NCBI GenBank assembly: GCA_964500005.1 | Contig: CAZCMP010000002.1 | Location: 128,934-192,933, forward strand | DNA length: 64,000 nucleotides | Source: an uncultured Thermococci archaeon | GTDB taxonomy: Archaea > Methanobacteriota_B > Thermococci > Methanofastidiosales > Methanofastidiosaceae | Reading direction: 5' to 3' | Shown here: in pieces, positions 1-9,380 of the stretch | Numbering within the stretch: position 1 is the stretch's first letter | Layout of the letters: every line of letters begins with the position of its first letter | Program-made: the position numbers and the translations under genes | The notes under the pieces: model-generated | Seen by the model: only the letters and a program-made list of their open reading frames with translations | The model's database searches: none | Told to the model about the DNA's origin: nothing

Positions 1-53
1 AATAGTAAAAAGCTTTTTAAAAATATAAAATCATTATAGTCTAGAGGGATTTT

Positions 54-596
54 TTGATAGAGATAAGATTTCACGGTAGAGGCGGACAGGGTGCGGTAGT
101 TGCATCAAATTTACTAGCTGATGCAGCTTTTAGAGAAGGAAAATACGTTCAGGCTTTTCCATACTTTGGCGTAGAAAGAAGAGGTGCCCCTGTTGCATCC
201 TTTACAAGAATAGACAAAAATCCTATTAAAATAAAAAGCCAGGTTTATACACCAAACTATATTATCGTCCTTGATCCAACGTTGATGGATGTAACTGACG
301 TAACTTCTGGTCTAGATAAAGACGGAGTAGTTCTAATAAATTCAGATAAAGATCCAAAATACTACAATCTTTCTTTTAAGACTGCAACTGTTGATGCTAC
401 TTCTATTGCAATTGAAAATAAATTAGGCTCAAAAATGTCCCCAATTGTAAATACTTCTATCCTTGGTGCTTTTGCTAAGATATCTGGAGAAGTAATGCTT
501 GAATCTATAATTTTAGCAATAAAAGAAAATGCTCCTTCTAAAAAAGAAGAGAACATTAAAGCCGCAAAAGAGGCTTATGATAAAACAATAATGTAA
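54..596 (+). CDS. porG: pyruvate:ferredoxin oxidoreductase gamma subunit
   Basis: N-terminus [21 protein letters not shown] is typical of the 2-oxoacid:ferredoxin oxidoreductase gamma subunit. It is the first gene of a porGDAB arrangement. Confidence 0.85.
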
Positions 597-603
597 TGAT
601 CAT

Positions 604-891
604 ATGAAAAAGTTAGAAAAATTATTATCAATAAAAGATTTGCCAGAGGCTCCTGTTTCAAATGTTCCTTCCTTTAATCAGAAGACTGGAACATGGAGAG
701 TTTTCAGACCAAAGGTAGATAAAGAAAAGTGTATTAAGTGTAGTATTTGCTGGAGATGTTGTCCTGACATCTCAATTGATGTAGATGAAGAAGGTTTTCC
801 GGTTATTAATTATAATTACTGTAAGGGTTGTGGTATATGCGCCCACGAATGCCCTAAAACTGCCATTAGAATGGAAAGGGAGGGAAAGTAA
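604..891 (+). CDS. porD: pyruvate:ferredoxin oxidoreductase delta subunit (2x[4Fe-4S] ferredoxin)
   Basis: Two CxxCxxCxxxCP motifs (CIKCSICWRCCP, CKGCGICAHECP). It is 95 aa and lies between porG and porA. Confidence 0.85.
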   Translation: MKKLEKLLSIKDLPEAPVSNVPSFNQKTGTWRVFRPKVDKEKCIKCSICWRCCPDISIDVDEEGFPVINYNYCKGCGICAHECPKTAIRMEREGK

Positions 892-2069
892 TGGTAAAGA
901 AGATAATGACTGGCAACATAGCTGCTGCTTGGGGGGCAAGACTTTCTAGGGCAGAAGTAATTGCTGCCTATCCTATAACACCACAGACCATTATCGTTGA
1001 AAAACTTGCGCAATTTGTTTCAGATGGAGATCTAAAAGCGGAATATCTTCATGTAGAATCAGAGCATTCTGCCATGGCCGCATGTATTGCAGCATCTCAA
1101 ATGGGGGCTAGAGCTTTTACGGCAACATCCTCCCAAGGTCTTTTATTGATGCATGAACTTCTTCATTGGGCTTCCGGAGCAAGAACTCCAATAGTAATGG
1201 CAAATGTCAATAGAGCTTTGGCACCTCCTTGGAGTGTATGGGTTGAACATACTGATATGATGTCCCAAAGAGATACGGGATGGATCCAATTCTATGCTGA
1301 AAGTAATCAAGAGGTTCTTGATACCATATTAATCTGCTATAAATTATGTGAAGATAAAGAAATACAACTGCCAGCTATGGTAGGTTTAGATGCCTTTTAT
1401 TTATCTCATACTTCAGAAATCGTTGATATCCCTGATCAGGAATTAGTTGATAAATTCTTACCAAAATATGAATCTCAGTATCCAATAGATATTGAAAATC
1501 CTCTAAGCGTGGGCTCTCTTTCAATGCCCCATCAATGGTACCCTGAATTTAGATACAAAATATATGAAGCAATGGAAAGAGTAATGCCCAAATTAAATCA
1601 GATTGAAAAAGAATTTTATAAAGAATTTGGAAGGGAATATAATGGGCCTCTAGAATTATATAATACCAAAGATGCAGAAGTAATAATAATTGTTTCAGGT
1701 GCAGCTGCTGGAACTGTTAAAGAAACTGTAGATATACTAAGGAAAAGGGGCGTTAATGTAGGGGCCATAAGACTAAGAATGTTTAGACCATTTCCCAAAG
1801 AAGAATTAGTTAAAGTTTTATCAAATGTTTCATTTGTTGGAGTTATTGATAGATCTTTCTCATTTGGTCACGAAGGTGCAATATTCTCAGAAGTTAAAGC
1901 ATCTTTGTATGGGGCAAAAATTTCTCCTCCAATGAAAAATTATATTGTTGGAATTGGAGGGCGAGACATTACAACAGATACAATTAAAAAAATATTTGAA
2001 AATTGTTTTAATTGTTTAAAAAATAATAAAATTGATTCCCATGTAGAATGGGTTGATATTAAGGTGTAA
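891..2069 (+). CDS. porA: pyruvate:ferredoxin oxidoreductase alpha subunit
   Basis: N-terminus MTGNIAAAWGARLSRAEVIAAYPITPQT is the conserved PorA/VorA start. Its start codon is adjacent to the porD stop (translational coupling). Confidence 0.85.
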   Translation: MVKKIMTGNIAAAWGARLSRAEVIAAYPITPQTIIVEKLAQFVSDGDLKAEYLHVESEHSAMAACIAASQMGARAFTATSSQGLLLMHELLHWASGARTPIVMANVNRALAPPWSVWVEHTDMMSQRDTGWIQFYAESNQEVLDTILICYKLCEDKEIQLPAMVGLDAFYLSHTSEIVDIPDQELVDKFLPKYESQYPIDIENPLSVGSLSMPHQWYPEFRYKIYEAMERVMPKLNQIEKEFYKEFGREYNGPLELYNTKDAEVIIIVSGAAAGTVKETVDILRKRGVNVGAIRLRMFRPFPKEELVKVLSNVSFVGVIDRSFSFGHEGAIFSEVKASLYGAKISPPMKNYIVGIGGRDITTDTIKKIFENCFNCLKNNKIDSHVEWVDIKV

Positions 2070-2071
2070 TT

Positions 2072-2968
2072 ATGAAAAGAGCAGGTATCCCAACTGAAGA
2101 ATTTATTTATTCTGGCCATACTGCATGTCCTGGATGTGGGGCCATGCTAGTTTCCAGATATCTTCTAAAAGGATTGGGAAAGAATACAATAATGAATATA
2201 CCTGCCTGTTGTTTTGCAGCTATACCTGGAACATTTCCAGAAACATGTTTAGGTATACCATTATTGTACAATGCTTTTGAAACAACTGCGGCAACAGCTT
2301 CTGGAATTGAAGCTGCCTTGAAAATTAAAGGAAAAAAAGAAAAAATTAATGTGGTGGGCTTTGCAGGTGATGGGGGTACTGCTGATATAGGAATTCAAGC
2401 TCTATCTGGTGCCATAGAAAGGGGCCATGAAATTATCTATGTCTGTTATGATAACGAAGCTTACATGAATACTGGAATACAGACTTCCAGTCTCACTCCA
2501 ATGGGGGCTACAACTACTACCAATCCTGTTGGTAAAAAAGGTGGTTGGAGAACTAGAAACAAAAAAAACATGATGGATATAGTAGCTGCACATGATATCC
2601 CCTATGCTGCTACAGTTAATCCTTCATATCCGATGGACTTTATCAAGAAAATAGAAAAGGCAAAAGAGATCAAGGGACCTTCTTATATTCATGCTTATTC
2701 CGTGTGCCCAACGGGATGGAGATATCCGCCAGAACTTGGCTTGGAAATAGGAAGGCTTGCAACAGAAACTGGAATATTCCCATTATATGAATTTGAAAAT
2801 GGAAAATATAAAATTAGTTATAAGAAAAAGACAAAAGAAGTTCTTGAATACTACAAATTACAGGGAAGGTTCAGACACTTGTCAGAAGATTTCATAAAAG
2901 AAGTACAAGCAAACATAGATAAAGAATGGGAAAAACTGCTTCTAAAAGAAGAGTGTAGTAATAAGTAA
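2072..2968 (+). CDS. porB: pyruvate:ferredoxin oxidoreductase beta subunit (TPP-binding)
   Basis: TPP-binding signature GFAGDGGTADIG and N-terminal Cys cluster (CPGCG). It follows porA by 2 nt. Confidence 0.85.
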   Translation: MKRAGIPTEEFIYSGHTACPGCGAMLVSRYLLKGLGKNTIMNIPACCFAAIPGTFPETCLGIPLLYNAFETTAATASGIEAALKIKGKKEKINVVGFAGDGGTADIGIQALSGAIERGHEIIYVCYDNEAYMNTGIQTSSLTPMGATTTTNPVGKKGGWRTRNKKNMMDIVAAHDIPYAATVNPSYPMDFIKKIEKAKEIKGPSYIHAYSVCPTGWRYPPELGLEIGRLATETGIFPLYEFENGKYKISYKKKTKEVLEYYKLQGRFRHLSEDFIKEVQANIDKEWEKLLLKEECSNK

Positions 2969-2992
2969 TCTTAATATTCATCTAACTAATAA

Positions 2993-4549
2993 GTGATTTA
3001 TATGGCCAAAAATACATCGTCTAAACTTATAATTAGAAATGCAATAATGAAAGATGTCAAGGAAATTCATGAACTATCAATTAAAACATACGCAGAGATG
3101 CCCCCGTATTCTCTAGATATTATAAGGGCGCAGATTAATAATTTTCCAGAAGGGCACTTCATTGCAGTTTATGATGGAAAAATTGTGGGTTATTGTTCTA
3201 CAATAAGGGTTTCTGAAAAGTTGGCTTTGGGCCACCACAGCTGGAAAGAAGCAACTGGGGGGGGATATGGATCTACTCACGACCCTAATGGAACATATCT
3301 ATATGGTATCGATATTTTTGTAGATGGCGATTATCGTGGACTTAAAATTGGTGAGCGATTCTATAGAGAACGGAAAAAGTTATGTAAATATTATAGACTA
3401 AAAGGGATTGTTTTCGCTGGCAGAATGCCTTTGCTTTCTAAACGTATTAAAAAAGTTGGAACTGTTGAAAATTACATTGAACAAGTTAAAAGTAAGAAGA
3501 TTAGAGATCCAGTCATTTCTTTCCAAATTAGAAATGGATTTGAAATCATAGGAATACTTAAAGGATATTTGCCCATCGATAGAGAATCTCTAGGCTATGC
3601 GGCACACATGATATGGAAAAATCCAGAATATGCGGATTCACCTGTTTCATCGGTAATTTCACCTTCCAGGATACCTCAAAGTGTGAGAGTTGCAACAGTA
3701 CAGTATCTTCAAAGAAGAATCAATTCATTGGATGAATTTAATCAAATATTTAGATATTTTGTTGACGTAGCATCTGACTATCATTGTGACTTTGTGCTTT
3801 TTCCTGAATTATTCACTATGCAACTTTTATCAATTGAAAATGAACCGTTGTCCCCTCATGAATCAATTGAACGTTTAACTAATTATACGGATACGTTGAA
3901 GGCCTTTTTTAGTGAAATGGCAATTAAATATAATGTCAACATCATAGCAGGGTCACATCCGGTAAAGATGGGGGAGGAAGTAAAAAATATTTCATTTATT
4001 TGCCTAAGGGATGGTTCAATCTATGAACAAATGAAAATACATGCTACCCCAAACGAAAAATATTGGTGGAACATAAGCGGTGGTGAAAAATTAAGTGTAA
4101 TTGAAACTGATTGTGGAAATATTGGGGTACTAATTTGCTATGATATTCAATTCCCGGAGTTGGCAAGGCATTTGGTAGATCAAGGCGCCAATATACTTTT
4201 TGTCCCATATATGACTGAAGAAAGACAAGGATATAATAGGATAAGGTACTGTGCTCAAGCGAGAGCTATAGAAAATCAATGCTATGTAGTTATGTCTGGA
4301 AACGTTGGCAATTTGCCCAGAGTCCACAACATGGACATAAACTATGCACAAAGCTGTATTATAACCCCATGTGATTTTCCATTTGCAAGAGATGGAATAG
4401 CCTCTGATACCACTCCAAATGTAGAAACAATCGCAATATCCGATATAAGCCTTCAAAATCTATTTGAATCTAGAAATGCTGGAACTGTACAAAACTTAAA
4501 GGATAGGAGACATGACCTATATAGCGTTACATGGAATAAAAAAGATTAG
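2993..4549 (+). CDS. fusion protein: N-terminal GNAT-like acetyltransferase domain plus C-terminal carbon-nitrogen hydrolase (nitrilase superfamily) domain
   Basis: The C-terminal half has the CN-hydrolase catalytic Cys context (GVLICYDIQFPE) plus upstream E and K residues. The N-terminal ~180 aa resemble a GNAT fold. True start is uncertain (several in-frame Met). Confidence 0.55.
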   Translation: MIYMAKNTSSKLIIRNAIMKDVKEIHELSIKTYAEMPPYSLDIIRAQINNFPEGHFIAVYDGKIVGYCSTIRVSEKLALGHHSWKEATGGGYGSTHDPNGTYLYGIDIFVDGDYRGLKIGERFYRERKKLCKYYRLKGIVFAGRMPLLSKRIKKVGTVENYIEQVKSKKIRDPVISFQIRNGFEIIGILKGYLPIDRESLGYAAHMIWKNPEYADSPVSSVISPSRIPQSVRVATVQYLQRRINSLDEFNQIFRYFVDVASDYHCDFVLFPELFTMQLLSIENEPLSPHESIERLTNYTDTLKAFFSEMAIKYNVNIIAGSHPVKMGEEVKNISFICLRDGSIYEQMKIHATPNEKYWWNISGGEKLSVIETDCGNIGVLICYDIQFPELARHLVDQGANILFVPYMTEERQGYNRIRYCAQARAIENQCYVVMSGNVGNLPRVHNMDINYAQSCIITPCDFPFARDGIASDTTPNVETIAISDISLQNLFESRNAGTVQNLKDRRHDLYSVTWNKKD

Positions 4550-4958
4550 TTAGGATAATACCAATTATATTTTAAAAAGTAGAAGCTCAAGTATTAATGA
4601 ACTTTACTTGGATATCAAATAAAAATCAATGCAATTAAAAAAATTCCTCTTTTATAATAGATATTGGACAAACTTCCAGTAGAAATAAAGGGGTAGTAGA
4701 CATTAGAGTATTGTCTGAAAAAGGATATTGGACGTTTGAGCAATTAATATTTATTATAGGATTATTTATATTTAATTTATAATATATAAAGAATAACCAG
4801 AATTAGTTTATAATTATTAAATAATCTAGAATCTATAAAATTATAGAAAAATTATGAATATTTAAAAAAAAGGAAAAAGCAAAATATATATAAAAACTAA
4901 ATTATTAGATAATTTGGTGGTAAATATTTGTAGCGTTGGTGGAAGTTTTGATGTAGAT

Positions 4959-5075
4959 ATGGCTGAAGGGCCAGAAGGTTATGTTTGTACAGAATGTGGT
5001 ACACAATTTAAAGGGATTGGAAAAGATCCAAAGTGCCCAAAATGCTCATCAGACAAGGTTATTAAAATTGGATAA
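4959..5075 (+). CDS. small Zn-ribbon protein (38 aa), not in the ORF track
   Basis: Hand translation gives MAEGPEGYVCTECGTQFKGIGKDPKCPKCSSDKVIKIG with two CxxC pairs. It sits at the end of a 400-nt AT-rich intergenic region. Confidence 0.4.
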   Translation: MAEGPEGYVCTECGTQFKGIGKDPKCPKCSSDKVIKIG

Positions 5076-5553
5076 GGATTCATTTGTTAGTTTAAATGAT
5101 GATGAGATATTATTTATATCTCACAATTATTACTTTTTAGCAGTAGTAAAAACTCTAGGTAAATCCTTTTTATTGGAGACAGATAAAGAAGAGATAGTTC
5201 TTGGAACAGAAAAAGAAGATATACTTGCAGTTTCTTCTTTAGTAAATGGTTCTAAAATGAAAAACATAATGATTTCATCACTATACTCCCTAAGAGAACT
5301 TTCTTTTCCACTTATAATCTTAAATAAGGGCCATCCTGCTTCCAATAGGCTTAAATTAGTCTATGGATGTGGGGATAAAATAATTCTTGATTCTTGTATA
5401 GAAGCGGGGACACATCCAAATCAACGCCTTCTTTGCTCGACAGAATATTTAACAGGACTATGTGTATTGGCGGAGAGAGGAGGGGTAGAGATAATTGATC
5501 CTTTAAAGAGAAAAATTATAATTGAAAAGGTGCCTTTTGAGTTAAAATTATAA
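4981..5553 (+). CDS. hypothetical protein, start uncertain
   Basis: 190-aa ORF from the track. The first ~32 codons overlap the Zn-ribbon ORF in another frame, so the real start is probably internal (for example Met93 at ~5257) or a TTG. No recognisable motif. Confidence 0.35.
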   Translation: MFVQNVVHNLKGLEKIQSAQNAHQTRLLKLDKDSFVSLNDDEILFISHNYYFLAVVKTLGKSFLLETDKEEIVLGTEKEDILAVSSLVNGSKMKNIMISSLYSLRELSFPLIILNKGHPASNRLKLVYGCGDKIILDSCIEAGTHPNQRLLCSTEYLTGLCVLAERGGVEIIDPLKRKIIIEKVPFELKL

Positions 5554-5567
5554 AATCACTTGTCTTA

Positions 5568-5831
5568 TTGAGAAATATGAAGATTCTTTATTTTGGAGAT
5601 TTAAAGAATATTACTTCTAAAAGAGAAGAGAATATTGAAGAAGATTTAATTAAAATTGGTGATTTAAAGAATCTGCTCTCAAAAAAGTATCCTCTTCTAA
5701 AGGAATCTTTTTTAAAGGACGAAATAAGGATTATAATAAATGGAAAGGACTATTCTTTTACAGGCGGAGATGAAACTTTAATTTCCAAAGGATTTGAAAT
5801 AGCTCTTTTTTCTCCTGTGGGGGGCGGATAA
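5568..5831 (+). CDS. MoaD/ThiS-family ubiquitin-like sulfur-carrier protein (C-terminal Gly-Gly)
   Basis: ~85 aa beta-grasp-like protein ending ...ALFSPVGGG, with the stop fused to the tgtA start (GGATAAATG). Track start is TTG; an ATG at 5577 (MKILYFGDL) is the likelier start. Confidence 0.6.
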   Translation: MRNMKILYFGDLKNITSKREENIEEDLIKIGDLKNLLSKKYPLLKESFLKDEIRIIINGKDYSFTGGDETLISKGFEIALFSPVGGG

Positions 5832-7586
5832 ATGTTTGAAATAAAGGCAAAAGATGGGCTAGGAAGGATAGGAGTACTATCAATAGGTAAAAAGAAAGTT
5901 GAAACCCCAACACTGATGCCTGTTATAAATCCTAACAAGATAGTAATTGCCCCAAAGGATATGCCAAATTATGGGGTAGAGATGATTATTACAAATTCAT
6001 ATATTATTTATAGAACTCAAAAACTCAAAGATACCGCTCTTGAAAAAGGCGTCCATAAAATGCTTAACTTTGATGGAGTCATTGAAACTGATTCCGGCTC
6101 TTTTCAGATGGCAGCTTATGGAGATATAGAAATAGAAAATAAGGAAATAATTCAATTCCAGAAGGATATTGGGGTTGATATTGGAACTTTTCTTGATATA
6201 CCAACACATCCAGATGAATCCCATAAGAAAGCATTTTCAGATCTAGGAATAACTCTAGAGAGGGCAAGAGAAGCAATTGGATTTGATCTAGATTTAAATG
6301 GTACGATACAAGGCGGGACTCATTTAGATTTAAGAAAAAAATCGGCAGAAGAAATGAGTAACTTATCTTTTACTGTAAATCCAATTGGCGGTGTTGTTCC
6401 ATTAATGATGGAGTATAGGTTTAGTGAATTGGTAGACATCATTCTTACTGTAAAAGGAAGTCTTTCTCCTTCAAGACCTGTACATCTTTTTGGCGCAGGC
6501 CATCCAATGTTGTTGTCTTTGTCTGTTCTCTTAGGTTGTGATCTTTTTGATTCTGCTGCTTATGTTCTATATGCACAGGATTCAAGGTATCTCACATCTT
6601 ATGGTACAAAAAAATTAAATGAAATGAAATATTTGCCATGTAACTGTCCAGTTTGCAGAAAGTATACTGCACAAGAATTAATTAATCAGAATGATCAAAA
6701 AAGAGTTGAGCTTCTTTCTAGTCATAACTTATATGCTACTTTTGAAGAGATTAAAATAATCAAAGAAGCTATTCATGAAGGGACATTATTTGAATTAGTT
6801 GAAAGTCGAATTAGGGGCCATCCACGTTTACTGCTTGCATACAGGAGAATTAAGGATTATTACGATATTCTAGAAGAATATGATCCTTTTACAAAAAGAT
6901 CGTCAATATTTTATACTGGCGAAGAGTCTAACTTAAGACCAATAGTAAAAAGAACTAAGGAACGGATAAAAGATATTAAATCTAAGAAATATGACGAACA
7001 TCTGTTCTTTGGTAAATTCCCAAAAGAACTTGAGTTTACATACCCTTTTGGTCAATGTGAAATGGAAGAGGAAAGAAGGGACAAAGGAGATCCCGAGCTA
7101 AAAGATGAAGATATAGTAAAAGTAATTGCAAACTACCAATTTGGACCTAATGTAGGTGAAAAACTGTTTCACGATGTAGTTGTTAAAAGATCCAAAACTG
7201 GAATGATACGCTATGTCTTTGATAAGAAAGGAAATATGCTTGCAACTTTAAGGGCTAGAGACGGCCTATTTACTCCAAATGTTGAAGGATTAAAAAGATT
7301 AAAGGAAATAATACCATTCCCTAAGTACAGAATAGTTGTTAATGACGAAGCTGCACCTTTCATAAAAGATGGAGCAAATGTATTCTCAAAGTTTGTTTTA
7401 ACAATTGACACTAATCTTAGGGCCTATGAAGAAATTCTTATTGTAGATTCAAATAATAATCTTTTAGGTACCGGAACTTTGATGCTTTCACCAAAAGAAG
7501 TTAAGGCATTCGAAAGAGGTATGGCCGTTAGGACAAGATGGGGGATAGAAAAAAATACTACCCAAGAATCCCAGATAGAAGATTAG
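5832..7586 (+). CDS. tgtA: archaeosine tRNA-guanine transglycosylase (ArcTGT) with C-terminal PUA domain
   Basis: N-terminus MFEIKAKDGLGRIGVLSIGKKKVETPTLMPVINP, zinc site CNCPVCRKY, 584 aa with C-terminal extension. This is an archaeal hallmark gene. Confidence 0.9.
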   Translation: MFEIKAKDGLGRIGVLSIGKKKVETPTLMPVINPNKIVIAPKDMPNYGVEMIITNSYIIYRTQKLKDTALEKGVHKMLNFDGVIETDSGSFQMAAYGDIEIENKEIIQFQKDIGVDIGTFLDIPTHPDESHKKAFSDLGITLERAREAIGFDLDLNGTIQGGTHLDLRKKSAEEMSNLSFTVNPIGGVVPLMMEYRFSELVDIILTVKGSLSPSRPVHLFGAGHPMLLSLSVLLGCDLFDSAAYVLYAQDSRYLTSYGTKKLNEMKYLPCNCPVCRKYTAQELINQNDQKRVELLSSHNLYATFEEIKIIKEAIHEGTLFELVESRIRGHPRLLLAYRRIKDYYDILEEYDPFTKRSSIFYTGEESNLRPIVKRTKERIKDIKSKKYDEHLFFGKFPKELEFTYPFGQCEMEEERRDKGDPELKDEDIVKVIANYQFGPNVGEKLFHDVVVKRSKTGMIRYVFDKKGNMLATLRARDGLFTPNVEGLKRLKEIIPFPKYRIVVNDEAAPFIKDGANVFSKFVLTIDTNLRAYEEILIVDSNNNLLGTGTLMLSPKEVKAFERGMAVRTRWGIEKNTTQESQIED

Positions 7587-8400
7587 ATCCGATAATGAAC
7601 CTAAATGAAAGGTAACCTATTGCTGTCAAGATAATACTATGTTTAATTCCTGAAAACAGAGAGTTTGTTGTCATCTTTCCTATCATAAGCCCGGCTAATG
7701 CACCGTGAATGATTAACATGTTTTGGAATGTCGTCTTAAATGCTTCTTTACTGATACTTTCTTTAGCTGTTGGAAGAGTAATATCTGAAAATACTTCTAC
7801 AAATTGAGTCTGTAGTAGGAAAACTACTGAAACAAAAACAAGATAAGAAATGTAAATAATCCCTGTATACTGACCTAACTTTGAGGCTTGTTCCTTTGCA
7901 AGCCCCCTCATCATTCTTGCACTTTCTGCTGCAGATTCTAAAATCTTTATTATATTTCCTCCTGCGTGGTGGGCTATTACAATAAGGGATACTGTTCCTT
8001 GAACATTTTCACTCTTCACCTTGTCTGCAAATGATGTTAGTACCTCATCAAATGGGACCCCCCAAGAGATCTTAGATGCCATGACCTTAATTTCATCTGT
8101 AAGTCTCCCATAGTCATCTTCTTGCGCCATCTTTATGGCTTGTGGAAGGGTCATCCCTGCAGCCTGAGAGTCTGCAAGCGCTCTTAAGAATTCGGGGAAT
8201 TGATCCTCAATTTCGGTGATCCAAGCTTGTTCTCTCATCTTAATAAAAAGATAAGGTCCTACTGCTACGGCAATACCTGCTATAGCTAGCTCACTTAAAT
8301 TTAAAACGAAAAAGCCAATTAGGCCCAATATTATCCCAGAGGCCACACTTCCAATCATGACGTACATGTTGTAATTTCTTTTTCTCAAATTTTCACCCAC
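7558..8400 (-). CDS. type II/IV secretion system F-domain membrane platform protein (TadC/FlaJ-half-like)
   Basis: Polytopic membrane protein with a cytoplasmic T2SSF-like domain (…LPQAIKMAQEDDYGRLTDEIKVMASKISWGVPFDEVL…). Last gene of the operon; overlaps tgtA convergently by 29 nt. Confidence 0.7.
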   Translation of the reverse strand: MGENLRKRNYNMYVMIGSVASGIILGLIGFFVLNLSELAIAGIAVAVGPYLFIKMREQAWITEIEDQFPEFLRALADSQAAGMTLPQAIKMAQEDDYGRLTDEIKVMASKISWGVPFDEVLTSFADKVKSENVQGTVSLIVIAHHAGGNIIKILESAAESARMMRGLAKEQASKLGQYTGIIYISYLVFVSVVFLLQTQFVEVFSDITLPTAKESISKEAFKTTFQNMLIIHGALAGLMIGKMTTNSLFSGIKHSIILTAIGYLSFRFIIGSNLLSGILG

Positions 8401-8401
8401 A

Positions 8402-9376
8402 TTACCTCTTTGGAGCTACCTGGTCAACTGCTATTATGAACAAAGCGTAACCAATTGGTAATCCAAAATAAACTACAAGATTATTAATTAAATTGACTTG
8501 GGACATTGGAGTCCCCATTATACCCATAATTGTGGTCATGATGATAATAAATACTGGACCCACAACTAAAGCTGTGACATAGGCTTCTGCTATTAAACCA
8601 ATAGTTTCTATTGCTGCTTCAGTTTTCATTCTTTCTGCTTCCATTAATCTGTTTCCTTCAAGATACAAATACTCTTTGAGATTTCCACCAGTCCTTATTG
8701 TAGCTATCATCTTCCACATAAGCTCACTAAATATGGGGGATGGAGATCTGTTTGCTGCCCTCTGAAGCGCTTGAACTAAATCAAGTCCAAAATTTTCAAT
8801 GTCATTTAAAATCTTCTCTGATTCTCTTGAAACTTCTCCATATCTCCTAAATTCTACAAGAGACCAAAAAATAACTGCCGGGGGAACACCGGTTCCAGCT
8901 ATAGTTGCCATTGTGTTTACTGCACTTGTAAGAGACAGATTAATTTTTCTAGACCTTTCCCCAGATTTAAAAGAAGGATAAGCCCAAAATATAATGAAAC
9001 TCATAACTGCAAATAAGATTGAAAAGATTAGAATCAAAACTATATTAAAAGTAGTATCAACAGGCCTACCTGGAGATACTATTGAATTTATCAATTCCCC
9101 TAAGAAAAGAGGGACAATCAATATTAGAACTAAAAAAGAAACAATACCTACAATTACTGAAGTAAGAATCATAGAACTGACATATGCACCCAAGTTTAGA
9201 GGGATGTCCCCCTTCCTCAAAGGGGCATGGAGCTCCTCAAAGAATTTAAGCCTATTATCTACTAGAAAACCTAATCTTTTGTGGGCCATCTTCCCATAAT
9301 TCATGAAGAAGCCCTTTTTTTCATATTTTTCTATTTCTTGGATTTTAAGGTCTGTTTCTTTTTTTCTACCTAACAT
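8402..9376 (-). CDS. type II/IV secretion system F-domain membrane platform protein (TadB/FlaJ-half-like)
   Basis: Second T2SSF-like membrane protein immediately downstream of the ATPase. The pair mimics the bacterial TadB/TadC split rather than a single fused archaeal FlaJ. Confidence 0.7.
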   Translation of the reverse strand: MLGRKKETDLKIQEIEKYEKKGFFMNYGKMAHKRLGFLVDNRLKFFEELHAPLRKGDIPLNLGAYVSSMILTSVIVGIVSFLVLILIVPLFLGELINSIVSPGRPVDTTFNIVLILIFSILFAVMSFIIFWAYPSFKSGERSRKINLSLTSAVNTMATIAGTGVPPAVIFWSLVEFRRYGEVSRESEKILNDIENFGLDLVQALQRAANRSPSPIFSELMWKMIATIRTGGNLKEYLYLEGNRLMEAERMKTEAAIETIGLIAEAYVTALVVGPVFIIIMTTIMGIMGTPMSQVNLINNLVVYFGLPIGYALFIIAVDQVAPKR

Positions 9377-9380
9377 AAGT

